A DNA stretch of 64,000 nt from the NCBI GenBank assembly GCA_041664285.1, contig JBAYLA010000003.1, positions 4,684-68,683 of the forward strand, in the 5' to 3' direction. The stretch comes from Minisyncoccota bacterium (GTDB taxonomy: Bacteria > Patescibacteriota > Minisyncoccia > Phycocordibacterales > UBA9973). Position 1 is the first letter of the stretch. Each line of letters begins with the position of its first letter. The notes under the pieces were generated by a model, which saw only the letters and a list, made by a program, of their open reading frames with translations, was not told the DNA's origin and did not search any database. Of the stretch, positions 19,365 through 28,296 are shown in pieces. The position numbers were made by a program, and so were the translations under genes.

Positions 19365-19814
19365 ATGACTACAGGTAGATTTATGGGGATTGATTATGGA
19401 ACTAAGAGAATAGGAGTAGCAATTTCAGACGAAAACCATACCTTAGCTTTCCCGAAAGAAATTGTTTTAAATGATTTAAATACTTTTAAAAAGATTAATG
19501 ACATAATAAAGAAGGAAAAAGTGGAAGAAATCGTGGTGGGGGAGTCGGTTGATTTTTCAGGTAAATTAAATGTTTTATCAGGTAGGATTGAAGTTTTTAT
19601 TTTAGAACTTAAAGAGAGGTTCAAGTTGCCAGTGCATAAACAAAAAGAGTTTCTGACTTCAGTAGAGGCCCGAAAATCTGGAATTAATAAAAAAAGTTTA
19701 AATTCACCACAGTCACATAGTAAAGTAAAACAAATAAAATCTGGCCGAGTAGATGCATCCGCTGCGGCACTTATATTACAGAGGTATTTAGATCGAAGAA
19801 ATAAACAAAAATGA
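19365..19814 (+). CDS. ruvX: Holliday-junction resolvase-like nuclease RuvX/YqgF (pre-16S rRNA nuclease)
   Basis: N-terminal GIDYGTKRIGVAISD, ...VGES motif; RNase H-like fold family. Confidence 0.85.
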   Translation: MTTGRFMGIDYGTKRIGVAISDENHTLAFPKEIVLNDLNTFKKINDIIKKEKVEEIVVGESVDFSGKLNVLSGRIEVFILELKERFKLPVHKQKEFLTSVEARKSGINKKSLNSPQSHSKVKQIKSGRVDASAAALILQRYLDRRNKQK

Positions 19815-20140
19815 TTAATATAGAAGATTTTAAAAAAATAGATATTGTGGTTGGGGAAATTTTGTCTGTGGAGAAAGTTCCAGAGACAGATAAACTTTTG
19901 AAGCTTTCTGTTAATTTAGCTGAAGCTTTGCCGCGGCAGATAGTTTCTGGAATTTCTTTGTATTTTTCTGATTGTTCAGTTTTAGTGGGAAAGAAATGCA
20001 TGTTTGTAGCAAATTTAGAACCTAGAATGATACGAGGGATTGAAAGTAATGGGATGATCTTGGCTATTTCTACCGAAGATGGAAAGTTTTCACTTTTAGA
20101 ACCGAATGATGATATTCCAGTCGGTACCCATGCAAAGTGA
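19811..20140 (+). CDS. tRNA-binding protein (EMAP/Myf/Trbp111-like OB-fold, CsaA-like)
   Basis: IVVGEILSVEKVPETDKLLKLSVNLAE...; overlaps ruvX stop. Confidence 0.75.
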   Translation: MINIEDFKKIDIVVGEILSVEKVPETDKLLKLSVNLAEALPRQIVSGISLYFSDCSVLVGKKCMFVANLEPRMIRGIESNGMILAISTEDGKFSLLEPNDDIPVGTHAK

Positions 20141-20216
20141 TAGCGATGGAGACTTAAATATCGTATATGGAGTACTATATATCAATAGCACTCGGACATT
20201 AAACAAACTATTTAGC

Positions 20217-20246
20217 TTGTTTATGCTCCTCGTTTATTGATATAAT
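20217..20246 (+). promoter_or_regulatory. candidate sigma-70 promoter TTGTTT-18-TATAAT; -10 ends 7 nt before pilM ATG (leaderless or near-leaderless)
   Basis: hexamers seen in sequence; spacing counted by hand. Confidence 0.35.
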
Positions 20247-20252
20247 ATTACT

Positions 20253-21350
20253 ATGTTTAGTAATTCATTTAATAGAATTCTTTTCAGATTTTTTCCTCTA
20301 CCTAAAATTCTTTCAAAACCATCTTTTGGTTTAGATATTTCAGATGAATCATTAAAATTTGTAGAGCTTATTGCTAATAAAAATGGGATTAGGGTTGGAC
20401 GATATGGAGAGCGAAGTATCCCACTTGGAGTTATTGAATCTGGGAAAATTAAAGATTCAAAGAAAATAGAGGAAATTCTTTCCACTCTAAGAAAAGAAGA
20501 AGGAATAAAATCTGTACGTGTTTCTTTGCCCGAAGAACAAGTGTACCTCTTTCCTTTAAAGTTAGAAAAATCAGGTTTGAAAGATGTTCGAGAAGGAATT
20601 GAGCTTGCCTTGGAAGATCATATACCGATATTAGCCCAAGATACGATTTTTGATTTTGAAATAGTTAATGAGAATACTCAATATTTAGAGGTTCAAGTTA
20701 CAGCTATACCAAAAAATATAATTGAAAATTATTTATTAATTTTTGAACATTCTCAAATATCAGTTAAGTCTTTTGAGCTTGAGGCACAGGCAGCCTTTAG
20801 AGCTGTTATTAAAAAAAATGATATGGAGACTTATATGATTGTAGATTTTGGGAAAAAAAGAACTGGTATTTTTATTGTTTCAAAAGGTATTGTGGTATTT
20901 ACCTTTACTCTTGATTTAGGAGGAGTGATGTTGACTCAGATGATTCAAAAAAACTTCAATATAAGTTTTGAAGAAGCAGAAAAAATGAAAGAAGAATACG
21001 GCCTAGAGCGCAATACTAATAATAAAGAAATATTTGCGGTACTTTTAAATAGTGTTTCTGTTTTACGGGATGAGATAGCCAAACATTTTTTATATTGGCA
21101 TACACATAAAGACGAAGAGGGTAAAAACAATCTACCCATTAGAAAAATAATTTTTTGCGGTGGCGATTCTAATTTAAAAGGATTTCCCGATTACATTTCT
21201 GTCAGTATGAAAAGTCCTGTGGAGATGGCTAATGTTTGGATTAATATATTAAACACAGAAAATTCTGTTCCAGAAATGAGCTTTATGCAGTCACTTTCTT
21301 TTACTACTGCTTTAGGATTAGCCTTAAGAGATTTTGATGGTGATGAATAA
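20253..21350 (+). CDS. pilM: type IV pilus assembly ATPase-fold protein PilM
   Basis: actin-like fold family; FGLDISDESLKFVEL...; followed by PilN/PilO-like genes. Confidence 0.85.
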   Translation: MFSNSFNRILFRFFPLPKILSKPSFGLDISDESLKFVELIANKNGIRVGRYGERSIPLGVIESGKIKDSKKIEEILSTLRKEEGIKSVRVSLPEEQVYLFPLKLEKSGLKDVREGIELALEDHIPILAQDTIFDFEIVNENTQYLEVQVTAIPKNIIENYLLIFEHSQISVKSFELEAQAAFRAVIKKNDMETYMIVDFGKKRTGIFIVSKGIVVFTFTLDLGGVMLTQMIQKNFNISFEEAEKMKEEYGLERNTNNKEIFAVLLNSVSVLRDEIAKHFLYWHTHKDEEGKNNLPIRKIIFCGGDSNLKGFPDYISVSMKSPVEMANVWINILNTENSVPEMSFMQSLSFTTALGLALRDFDGDE

Positions 21351-21355
21351 ATTGT

Positions 21356-21898
21356 ATGATTAATTTAATTCCCAAAGAAGAAAAGAAGAAGATGGTCATA
21401 GATTTTTATTTTAGATTTGCAATTTTATTTGTAGGAATGCTTGATTTTTGTATTTTAATTGCTTTTGTTTCTCTCTTGCCATCATATTTTGTTACTTCTA
21501 TAAAATATTCTTTGATTAGTACAAAATTAGAAAACCAACAACTAGAACCATTACCTATTTTAGGACAAGAATCACTGGCTTCGGTTAAAGACATAGATAC
21601 TAAGCTTGTTTTAATTGAAAAGTTTGAAAAAAATAAATTTCTTCTTTCTGTGAAGGTAATTAATGCCGTTCTTCTTAAAAAAAGGTCTGATATTAAAATT
21701 ACCCAAATTTTATATGAAAACAATGAAAAAAATGGTAGAAAAATTAGTCTTACCGGAGTAGCTCCTTCTCGTGAGGTTTTGCTTTTGTTTCGCAAAGCAC
21801 TAGAGGATAGCCCTGATTTTAAAAATATTGTTTTGCCAATTTCAAATTTTGTGAAAGGGTCTGATATCGATTTTAATTTAAGCTTAAGTCCTTCGTAA
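21356..21898 (+). CDS. pilN: type IV pilus inner-membrane component PilN-like
   Basis: N-terminal LIPKEEKKK + single TM, periplasmic domain; position after pilM. Confidence 0.6.
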   Translation: MINLIPKEEKKKMVIDFYFRFAILFVGMLDFCILIAFVSLLPSYFVTSIKYSLISTKLENQQLEPLPILGQESLASVKDIDTKLVLIEKFEKNKFLLSVKVINAVLLKKRSDIKITQILYENNEKNGRKISLTGVAPSREVLLLFRKALEDSPDFKNIVLPISNFVKGSDIDFNLSLSPS

Positions 21899-21915
21899 GA
21901 TGATAGAATAAAATT

Positions 21916-22455
21916 ATGAAAAATAATCTTCAAAAAATATTACTTGTTATCTTTATCGCACTTTTGTTATTGGGTTGTTTGGCTTTTGTATTTTTATATA
22001 AAAAAATAAATGATAATAATCAAAAAATACAAGAGAATACAACAAGCTTTCAAACAGAGGCACGTAGACGTGAAGAAATTGCTTCTCTTGATCGAGTCCT
22101 TCAAAAAAATGCTTCAAATAGAATTTTGCTTGAAAGTCATTTTATAAAGAGTTCTGACGTTGTTCCATTTTTAAATATGATTGAAAGAGTGGGGAAGGAG
22201 GCAGGAGTTTCTTCAAAAATTAATTCTGTTGATGCCAAGGTAAATAATTCAGGATTAACGGTTGATTTAAAAATAGAAGGTAAATTTGAAGCAATTTATA
22301 AATTTTTAACCTTATTGGAAAATTCTCCATATGTGCTCGATTTTATATCAATGGATATACATAGACTCTCATCTCCAGTTACATTAGATAAAAATGTTAA
22401 AAATGAAAGCTGGGTGGCCGTTTTTAAGATACAACTTTTAAGTTTTATTCCATGA
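21916..22455 (+). CDS. pilO: type IV pilus inner-membrane component PilO-like
   Basis: single TM + coiled coil + periplasmic domain; position. Confidence 0.55.
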   Translation: MKNNLQKILLVIFIALLLLGCLAFVFLYKKINDNNQKIQENTTSFQTEARRREEIASLDRVLQKNASNRILLESHFIKSSDVVPFLNMIERVGKEAGVSSKINSVDAKVNNSGLTVDLKIEGKFEAIYKFLTLLENSPYVLDFISMDIHRLSSPVTLDKNVKNESWVAVFKIQLLSFIP

Positions 22456-22760
22456 AAATAGATTTTTTTAAAAAAGAAAAAAGTTTTAAGAAAAAAGATT
22501 TTATTTTTCATTTAAATCTTTATTGGATAGTTGTTCTTATTATTACAATTAGCATAATTTTTCTTTCTTTTATTTTTAGTTATCGTCTTTTTATGCAAAT
22601 AAATCAAGAACCTATTTTATCAGTCACGAACAAGAACGGACAACTTCCTGTAGTTAACCAAGATCGTATCGAAAAAGTATTAAATGTTTTTTCTGAAAGA
22701 GAAAGTAATTCAAAGCAAATATTAAACTCTTCTTTATCTGTCGTTGACCCTTCGCTGTAA
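22452..22760 (+). CDS. small membrane protein, possibly pilus-associated (PilP position)
   Basis: single TM; overlaps pilO stop. Confidence 0.4.
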   Translation: MKIDFFKKEKSFKKKDFIFHLNLYWIVVLIITISIIFLSFIFSYRLFMQINQEPILSVTNKNGQLPVVNQDRIEKVLNVFSERESNSKQILNSSLSVVDPSL

Positions 22761-22820
22761 AAATGGTAATTTAAATAAGTTCTAGATAAAAATTTTTAAA
22801 AGGTTGGCTGTTATATATAT

Positions 22821-22893
22821 GCGCGGTTAGCTCAGTTGGTAGAGCAACCCGTTTACACCGGGAAGGTCAGGGGTTCGAGTCCCTTACCGCGCA
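22821..22893 (+). tRNA. tRNA-Val (anticodon TAC)
   Basis: GCGCGGT acceptor, GCTC-AGTTGGTA-GAGC D-arm, loop TTTACAC, T-arm AGGGG-TTCGAGT-CCCTT. Confidence 0.85.
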
Positions 22894-22932
22894 CCCTCGG
22901 CCGTAGCCCATGGGCGAGGCATGTACCATTTT

Positions 22933-23004
22933 GCCCTTGTAGTTCAATGGATAGAACGAAGCTCTTCTAAGGCTTTGATGTAGGTTCGATTCCTACCAAG
23001 GGCA
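22933..23004 (+). tRNA. tRNA-Arg (anticodon TCT)
   Basis: GCCCTTG acceptor, GTTC-AATGGATA-GAAC D-arm, stem AAGCT/GGCTT loop CTTCTAA, T-arm GTAGG-TTCGATT-CCTAC. Confidence 0.85.
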
Positions 23005-23089
23005 CAAAACTGAAAGTTTTGTGAGTCCGCAGCGCGACGGCGCGAGGAGCGGGTCGCGAAATTTTTCAGCAGAAAAATATTTGCGACCA

Positions 23090-23749
23090 ATGAAAATTAA
23101 TATTCTATATGAAGATTCTAATATTCTAGCCATAGACAAACCATCTGGAATTTTAGTGCATCCAGATAAATGGAGCAAAGAAAAAACAATTCTTGATTTA
23201 TTTATTAAAAAATATCCCAAATTAGAAATAGTGCACCGTTTAGATAAAGATACTTCTGGAGTAATGTTATTGGCTAAAAACAAAAAGACTCACGAATTTC
23301 TCAAAAGCCAATTTCAGAATAGGGATGTAAAGAAAATTTATGTGGCAATAGTATCCGGTTCCGTAAACAATGATCGTGGAGTGATCAATAAGCCAATTGG
23401 GCGAAGCCCAAAAGATTTCCGAAGGCGTCTTGCTGGCAGAGGAGCTAGAGGTGAGATGCGAGAAGCTGTTACCGAATACCGTGTCCTCAAACGTCTAAAA
23501 AATTTTACTTATCTTGAAGTTCGTCCTAAAACTGGCCGAACACATCAGATTCGCGTGCATTTAAAATATTTAAATCATCCGGTAGTTTGTGATTCTCTTT
23601 ATAATCCAGATAACCCATGCCCAAAGGGTTTAAAACGCTTAGCCCTTCATGCAAAATCAATAGAATTTAAAAATTTGAAAGGAGAAATTATTAAAGTTGA
23701 ATCATCTATACCAAAAGAGTTTAAAGAAATGGTAAATCCACACACTTAA
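23090..23749 (+). CDS. pseudouridine synthase, RluA family
   Basis: HRLDKDTSGVMLLAKN catalytic-Asp motif; start moved to ATG 23090 (track ORF begins at GTG 23021 inside GC-rich leader). Confidence 0.85.
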   Translation: MKINILYEDSNILAIDKPSGILVHPDKWSKEKTILDLFIKKYPKLEIVHRLDKDTSGVMLLAKNKKTHEFLKSQFQNRDVKKIYVAIVSGSVNNDRGVINKPIGRSPKDFRRRLAGRGARGEMREAVTEYRVLKRLKNFTYLEVRPKTGRTHQIRVHLKYLNHPVVCDSLYNPDNPCPKGLKRLALHAKSIEFKNLKGEIIKVESSIPKEFKEMVNPHT

Positions 23750-23776
23750 TTTTTTTGCTTTAAATTAAGTGTGTGG
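23738..23776. repeat. palindromic hairpin CCACACACTTAATTT / AAATTAAGTGTGTGG overlapping rluA stop (CCCCCAC-core family member / terminator)
   Basis: 15-bp perfect inverted repeat, T-rich loop. Confidence 0.5.
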
Positions 23777-23789
23777 GTAAAATAATAAG

Positions 23790-25493
23790 ATGAAAGACGA
23801 AATTAGGAATTGCCCAAACTGTCACAAAGACTTCACTATTGAGTCGGAAGATTTTAATTTTTATGAAAAAATAAAAGTGCTTGCACCAACCTGGTGTCCA
23901 GAGTGTCGAATGATTCGACGTATGGCTTGCCAGAATTGCTGGTCTTTGTTTTATAGAAATTGCGATAAATGCGGCAAACGCACACTTTCTATGTATCCAC
24001 CTTCGCAGAAAATTACTGTCTATTGTCAGCCATGTTGGTGGGCAGATGATTGGGATGGTACAGAATTTGCCATGGATTATAAGTCAGATCGTCCATTTTT
24101 GGAACAATTAAAAGAACTTTCCGAAAAAACTCCATATCCGGCTCTAGAAACAGGGTATCTAACTTTAAAAAATTGTGACTATAGTAATTCTATTGGTTAT
24201 TCTAAAAATTGCATGCTCGCAACTTGGGCGGATAATTGTGAAAATGTTTACTTTTCTTCTTTTTTAAATGGAGCTAAGGATGTATCAGATAGTTTGCGAA
24301 TTTTTAAATCCGAATTGTGTTATGAATCTATTGGGCAGCGTAAATGTTACCGTATTTTTTATTCACAGGAATGTGATGATTGTAGTGAAGTTTGGTTTTC
24401 TCGTAATTGTTATGGGTGTATGAATTGTGTAGGTTGTGTGAATTTGCGTGGTGCGTCAAATTGTATTTTTAATATTAAATATACAAAAGAAGAATACTCG
24501 AACAAATTAAAAGAATTAAAATTAGATACTCGTTCTGGGATAAATGTTTTTCAAAAAGAAATTAAAGCATTTTGGGGAAAATTTCCTTACCGTTCTTATA
24601 CGGGAGATACTTTTAACCTACATGTTACCGGAGAGTATATTTATAAATCAAAAAATTCTAAAGAAATGTATATTACCAGCCATACGAAAGATAGTAAATG
24701 GTGCCAATTTATAACCTACAAACCGGTAGAAAATTGCATGGACTATTCTGGCTGGGGCAATAACGCAGAACTTATTTATGAAGCAACAAACGTGGGAGTT
24801 AATGTAAGTAATGTGAAATTCTCAATATATTGTTTTCCTGACGTTATGAATACGGAATATTCTTTATGGTGTATATCAGCAAAAAATAATTTTGGTTGTG
24901 CTAGTTTAAAACGTAAGAATTATTGTATTTTAAATAAAGAATACTCTAAAGAATCTTTTGATAAGCTCAAGGTACAAATAATTGAAGATATGAAAAACAA
25001 TCCATACATAGATGAAAAGGGAAGAGTGTGGAAGTATGGAGAATTATTTCAACCTGGTTTTAGTAAATTTGCTTATAATAATTCTACTGCTTATAAATTT
25101 TTCCCAAAAACCAAAGAAGAAGCATTAGCCTTAGGTTATACTTGGAATGAAGAAGTGGAACAACAAAATGAGGCAACCATAGATGGGAAAGATTTACCAG
25201 AAACTATTGAGGAGGTAGACAATTCAATTCTACAAGAAATAATTTCTTGTATTTCTTGTAGAAGAAAATATAAAATTACAAGTTTGGAATTGGATCTTCT
25301 TAAAAAAATGAACTTACCCCTTCCTCAAGAATGTCTAAAATGTAGAGAAAACAAAAGATTTAAGAGAATAAATAAACCTAAACTGTACAATAGAACTTGC
25401 ATGAAATGTGGCACCGACATTTATACCCCTTATGCACCTGAAGATCCCAGAATAGTTTATTGTGTAAAATGTTACCAAGATGAATTTTTGTAA
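23790..25493 (+). CDS. cysteine-rich multi-zinc-ribbon protein, unknown family (paralog of 26490-28238)
   Basis: N-terminal CPNC...18...CPEC and C-terminal CxxC pairs preceded by FY.K.N.P.P motif; central ~15-residue Cys-containing repeats (NC../.C..C). Confidence 0.7.
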   Translation: MKDEIRNCPNCHKDFTIESEDFNFYEKIKVLAPTWCPECRMIRRMACQNCWSLFYRNCDKCGKRTLSMYPPSQKITVYCQPCWWADDWDGTEFAMDYKSDRPFLEQLKELSEKTPYPALETGYLTLKNCDYSNSIGYSKNCMLATWADNCENVYFSSFLNGAKDVSDSLRIFKSELCYESIGQRKCYRIFYSQECDDCSEVWFSRNCYGCMNCVGCVNLRGASNCIFNIKYTKEEYSNKLKELKLDTRSGINVFQKEIKAFWGKFPYRSYTGDTFNLHVTGEYIYKSKNSKEMYITSHTKDSKWCQFITYKPVENCMDYSGWGNNAELIYEATNVGVNVSNVKFSIYCFPDVMNTEYSLWCISAKNNFGCASLKRKNYCILNKEYSKESFDKLKVQIIEDMKNNPYIDEKGRVWKYGELFQPGFSKFAYNNSTAYKFFPKTKEEALALGYTWNEEVEQQNEATIDGKDLPETIEEVDNSILQEIISCISCRRKYKITSLELDLLKKMNLPLPQECLKCRENKRFKRINKPKLYNRTCMKCGTDIYTPYAPEDPRIVYCVKCYQDEFL

Positions 25494-25534
25494 AAATTGC
25501 AAAGAAAGAAGGTTTATGTTAGATTAAATCCACT

Positions 25535-25945
25535 ATGGCAGGAAATAAAATCAATAAAATAAAATTTAGTCCAGTAGATATTGAGGAACGAAAGAAGCTT
25601 AATTTCAAGGCTGGAGATACAGTTTCTGTTTCTTCAAAGATTCTAGACGAAAAAGGTAAATTTCGTTTTCAGGCTTTTGAGGGGATTGTTCTCGCGAGGA
25701 AACACGGAACGGAAGTAGGTGCTACTTTTACTGTTAGAAAAATTGCTTCAGGAGTAGGAGTGGAAAGAATTTTTCCATTATATTCTCCGATGATAGGGAA
25801 GATTGAAATAACTAAAAAGGCTCACGCTCGCAGATCCAAGCTTTACTATATTCGTACAAAAGCTATCAAAGATGTTCGCAAAAAAATGCGTTCAGTCACT
25901 AATCAAGAAGAGGCAACGGAAGCAGTAGAGAAAGTTGTCGAATAA
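25535..25945 (+). CDS. rplS: 50S ribosomal protein L19 (with C-terminal extension)
   Basis: GDTVSVSSKI...FQAFEGIVLARKHG...RKIASGVGVERIFPLYSP. Confidence 0.9.
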   Translation: MAGNKINKIKFSPVDIEERKKLNFKAGDTVSVSSKILDEKGKFRFQAFEGIVLARKHGTEVGATFTVRKIASGVGVERIFPLYSPMIGKIEITKKAHARRSKLYYIRTKAIKDVRKKMRSVTNQEEATEAVEKVVE

Positions 25946-26000
25946 ATTTTGCCCCCGATCGCCTGCTCGTAAACTCGCATCGGCGATTCCGAAACGGATT

Positions 26001-26030
26001 GGGGGCAAAGCAAAGCAGTTTGCTTTGCCC
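26001..26030 (+). terminator. hairpin GGCAAAGCAAA-gcag-TTTGCTTTGCC after rplS (putative terminator/processing site abutting tRNA-Leu)
   Basis: 11-bp perfect stem; no long T-run, so uncertain. Confidence 0.35.
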
Positions 26031-26110
26031 AGGTGGCGAAACTGGTAGACGTACTACCTTGAGGTGGTAGCGCCCGCAAGGGCATGGGAGTTCAAATCTC
26101 CCCCTGGGCA
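26027..26110 (+). tRNA. tRNA-Leu (anticodon GAG)
   Basis: GCCCAGG acceptor, stem CTACC/GGTAG loop TTGAGGT, long variable arm, T-arm GGGAG-TTCAAAT-CTCCC. Confidence 0.85.
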
Positions 26111-26120
26111 CAAATAATTT

Positions 26121-26345
26121 ATGGATATAAATATTTTTAAATTAATAGGGGCCATTGGACTTCTTTTAATTTCTGTCGGCTTGTTGTTAAAAAATAGAAA
26201 ATACGAAGATGTTCTCTATATAGTTGGTGGTTGTTGCTTAGAAATTTACAGCATTCACATCAGAGATACTATTTTTATAGTTTTGCAAATTATTTTTATC
26301 TTATTTGCTATTTATAATCTTTTGAAAATTAAAAAAATTTTCTAA
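26121..26345 (+). CDS. small membrane protein, unknown function
   Basis: 74 aa, two or three TM helices; sits between tRNA-Leu and tRNA-His. Confidence 0.45.
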   Translation: MDINIFKLIGAIGLLLISVGLLLKNRKYEDVLYIVGGCCLEIYSIHIRDTIFIVLQIIFILFAIYNLLKIKKIF

Positions 26346-26386
26346 GTAGCATTTCTATAATTTTTTTGCTATAACTTAGAACACAT

Positions 26387-26461
26387 GGTGGTTATGGTGT
26401 AGCGGTAGCACAAAAGCTTGTGGAGCTTTTAGTTCGGGTTCGACCCCCGATAACCACCCCA
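26387..26461 (+). tRNA. tRNA-His (anticodon GTG) with encoded G-1 and encoded CCA
   Basis: Extra 5' G pairing with discriminator C; stem AAAGC/GCTTT loop TTGTGGA; 3' ...TAACCAC-C-CCA. Confidence 0.85.
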
Positions 26462-26489
26462 ATATAATTCCTGTATTATCTATAATATT

Positions 26490-28238
26490 ATGGAAACACA
26501 AATTAGAAATTGCCAGAACTGTAAAAAAGATTTCACGATAGAAGCGGAAGATTTTGATTTTTACAAGAAACTAAATGTTCCTGCTCCTACATGGTGTCCA
26601 GATTGTAGATTTATACGTAAGCTCACTTTTATAAATGAACGGTCTCTGTATAAGGGAGTTTGTGGTAATTGTAAAAAATCAATAATAACAATGTACCATC
26701 CGGATATCCCTTTTCCTTCCTGGTGTATTAAATGTCACTTAAGTGATATATGGGATGCACGTGATTATGGTAGAGAATATGATTTCTCTAGAAATTTTTT
26801 CGAACAGTTTAAAGAATTAAAATATAGTATTCCACACAGGGCACTTGATCAAAATGAAAGGAACGGAGAAGGCTGTGAGTATTCTAATCTATGCTATACC
26901 AGTAAAGATGTATATTTATCTTTTGATATTATTGCCTCAGAACATATCAAATACTCGGCACATGTTTTAAAATTTAATAAAAATTGTATGGACTCTATGA
27001 TTATAAAAGCCAATGATCGAGGGTATGAGTTGGTACAAGCGAGCCGAAATTATAATTCAACTTTTTTAGTTGAAAGCGATCAATGCATAGAATCACATTT
27101 TCTTTATGATTGTTCTAATTGTGTAAATTGTTGTTTGTCCTCGAATCTTCGAAACAAAAGCAATGTTTTCAGAAATCAGCAATTATCAAAAGAAGAATAC
27201 GAAAAAGCTGTTACTACTTTAAAACTTGAAACATATTCTGGTCAACTACGAGCTAAACAAGAATTTGCAACAATAGCTAAAAATGCTATTCATAAATATG
27301 CGCATATCAAAAATTCTGTAAATGCTATAGGAGATTTTATAGAAGATTCAAAAAATTTATACCATTGTTATGGTTTTGCAAAATCTGAAAATGTTAAATA
27401 TGGTTTTTGGGCGGCGAACATAATTAAAGATTCCCAAGATGTAATAATTCTAGGAAAAGTAGAGGAATGTTATGAATTTACTATGGGGGGCAGGGGCGGA
27501 AGTCGGCTAATTTTTTCTTTTAGCTGTGGTGGTACATGTAAAGATTTGTTTTATTGTGACAGTTGCAGGGGAAGCTCGAATTGCTTTGGCTGTATTAATT
27601 TAATTAAAAAACAGTATTGTATTTTTAATAAACAATATTCCAAAGAAGAATATTTTGAATTATTGCCTAAAATTATAAAACACATGAATGATATACCTTA
27701 CATAGATGCTTCTGGGAGAAAATATACTTTTGGTGAATTTTTTCCACCAGAAATTTCACCATTTGCTTATAATGAGACCATAGCATTTGAAGAACTTCCT
27801 CTTTCTAAAGATGAGATACTTTCTCAAGGTTACAAATGGAGAGACGAAGAATCAAAAACATATATTCCAACTTTAAAAACTGAAATGATTCCAGATAGCA
27901 TCAATGATGTAGTCGACATTATTTGCAATGAAATTATAGAATGTCCAAATAAAGGCAAAGTAGAAACACGATGCACATTAGCTTTTAGAATATTACCAGA
28001 TGAATTGTCTTTTTATCGGCAAATGAATTTACCTATTCCGAGATATTGTCCAAATTGTAGATATCATCAACGTTTAATTTGGAAAAATCCTTTCCATTTT
28101 TATAAACGACAATGCATGTGTGAATTATCAAATCATAATCATAATGAAAAATGCCAAATAGAATTTGAAACAATGTATTCACCAGATCGTCCTGAGATAA
28201 TTTATTGTAAGCAATGTTACCAGCAAGAAGTTTATTAA
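26490..28238 (+). CDS. cysteine-rich multi-zinc-ribbon protein, unknown family (paralog of 23790-25493)
   Basis: Same architecture and motifs (CQNC...CPDC; FYRQMNLPIPRYCPNCR; CKQCYQ at C-terminus). Confidence 0.7.
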   Translation: METQIRNCQNCKKDFTIEAEDFDFYKKLNVPAPTWCPDCRFIRKLTFINERSLYKGVCGNCKKSIITMYHPDIPFPSWCIKCHLSDIWDARDYGREYDFSRNFFEQFKELKYSIPHRALDQNERNGEGCEYSNLCYTSKDVYLSFDIIASEHIKYSAHVLKFNKNCMDSMIIKANDRGYELVQASRNYNSTFLVESDQCIESHFLYDCSNCVNCCLSSNLRNKSNVFRNQQLSKEEYEKAVTTLKLETYSGQLRAKQEFATIAKNAIHKYAHIKNSVNAIGDFIEDSKNLYHCYGFAKSENVKYGFWAANIIKDSQDVIILGKVEECYEFTMGGRGGSRLIFSFSCGGTCKDLFYCDSCRGSSNCFGCINLIKKQYCIFNKQYSKEEYFELLPKIIKHMNDIPYIDASGRKYTFGEFFPPEISPFAYNETIAFEELPLSKDEILSQGYKWRDEESKTYIPTLKTEMIPDSINDVVDIICNEIIECPNKGKVETRCTLAFRILPDELSFYRQMNLPIPRYCPNCRYHQRLIWKNPFHFYKRQCMCELSNHNHNEKCQIEFETMYSPDRPEIIYCKQCYQQEVY

Positions 28239-28296
28239 AGATATTATTTGTTTTTAGTTTTTAGACTATCAAGAATTGAACTGATATAATAAAAAT

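Noticed and set aside
23021-23089. N-terminal extension of rluA ORF from GTG
   Set aside because: RluA-family alignment begins near MKINILYED; the extension is an Arg/Gly-rich translation of a GC-rich leader.
26001-26030. Possible riboswitch or leader between rplS and tRNA-Leu
   Set aside because: Only a simple perfect hairpin; more likely a terminator or processing stem overlapping the tRNA 5' end.
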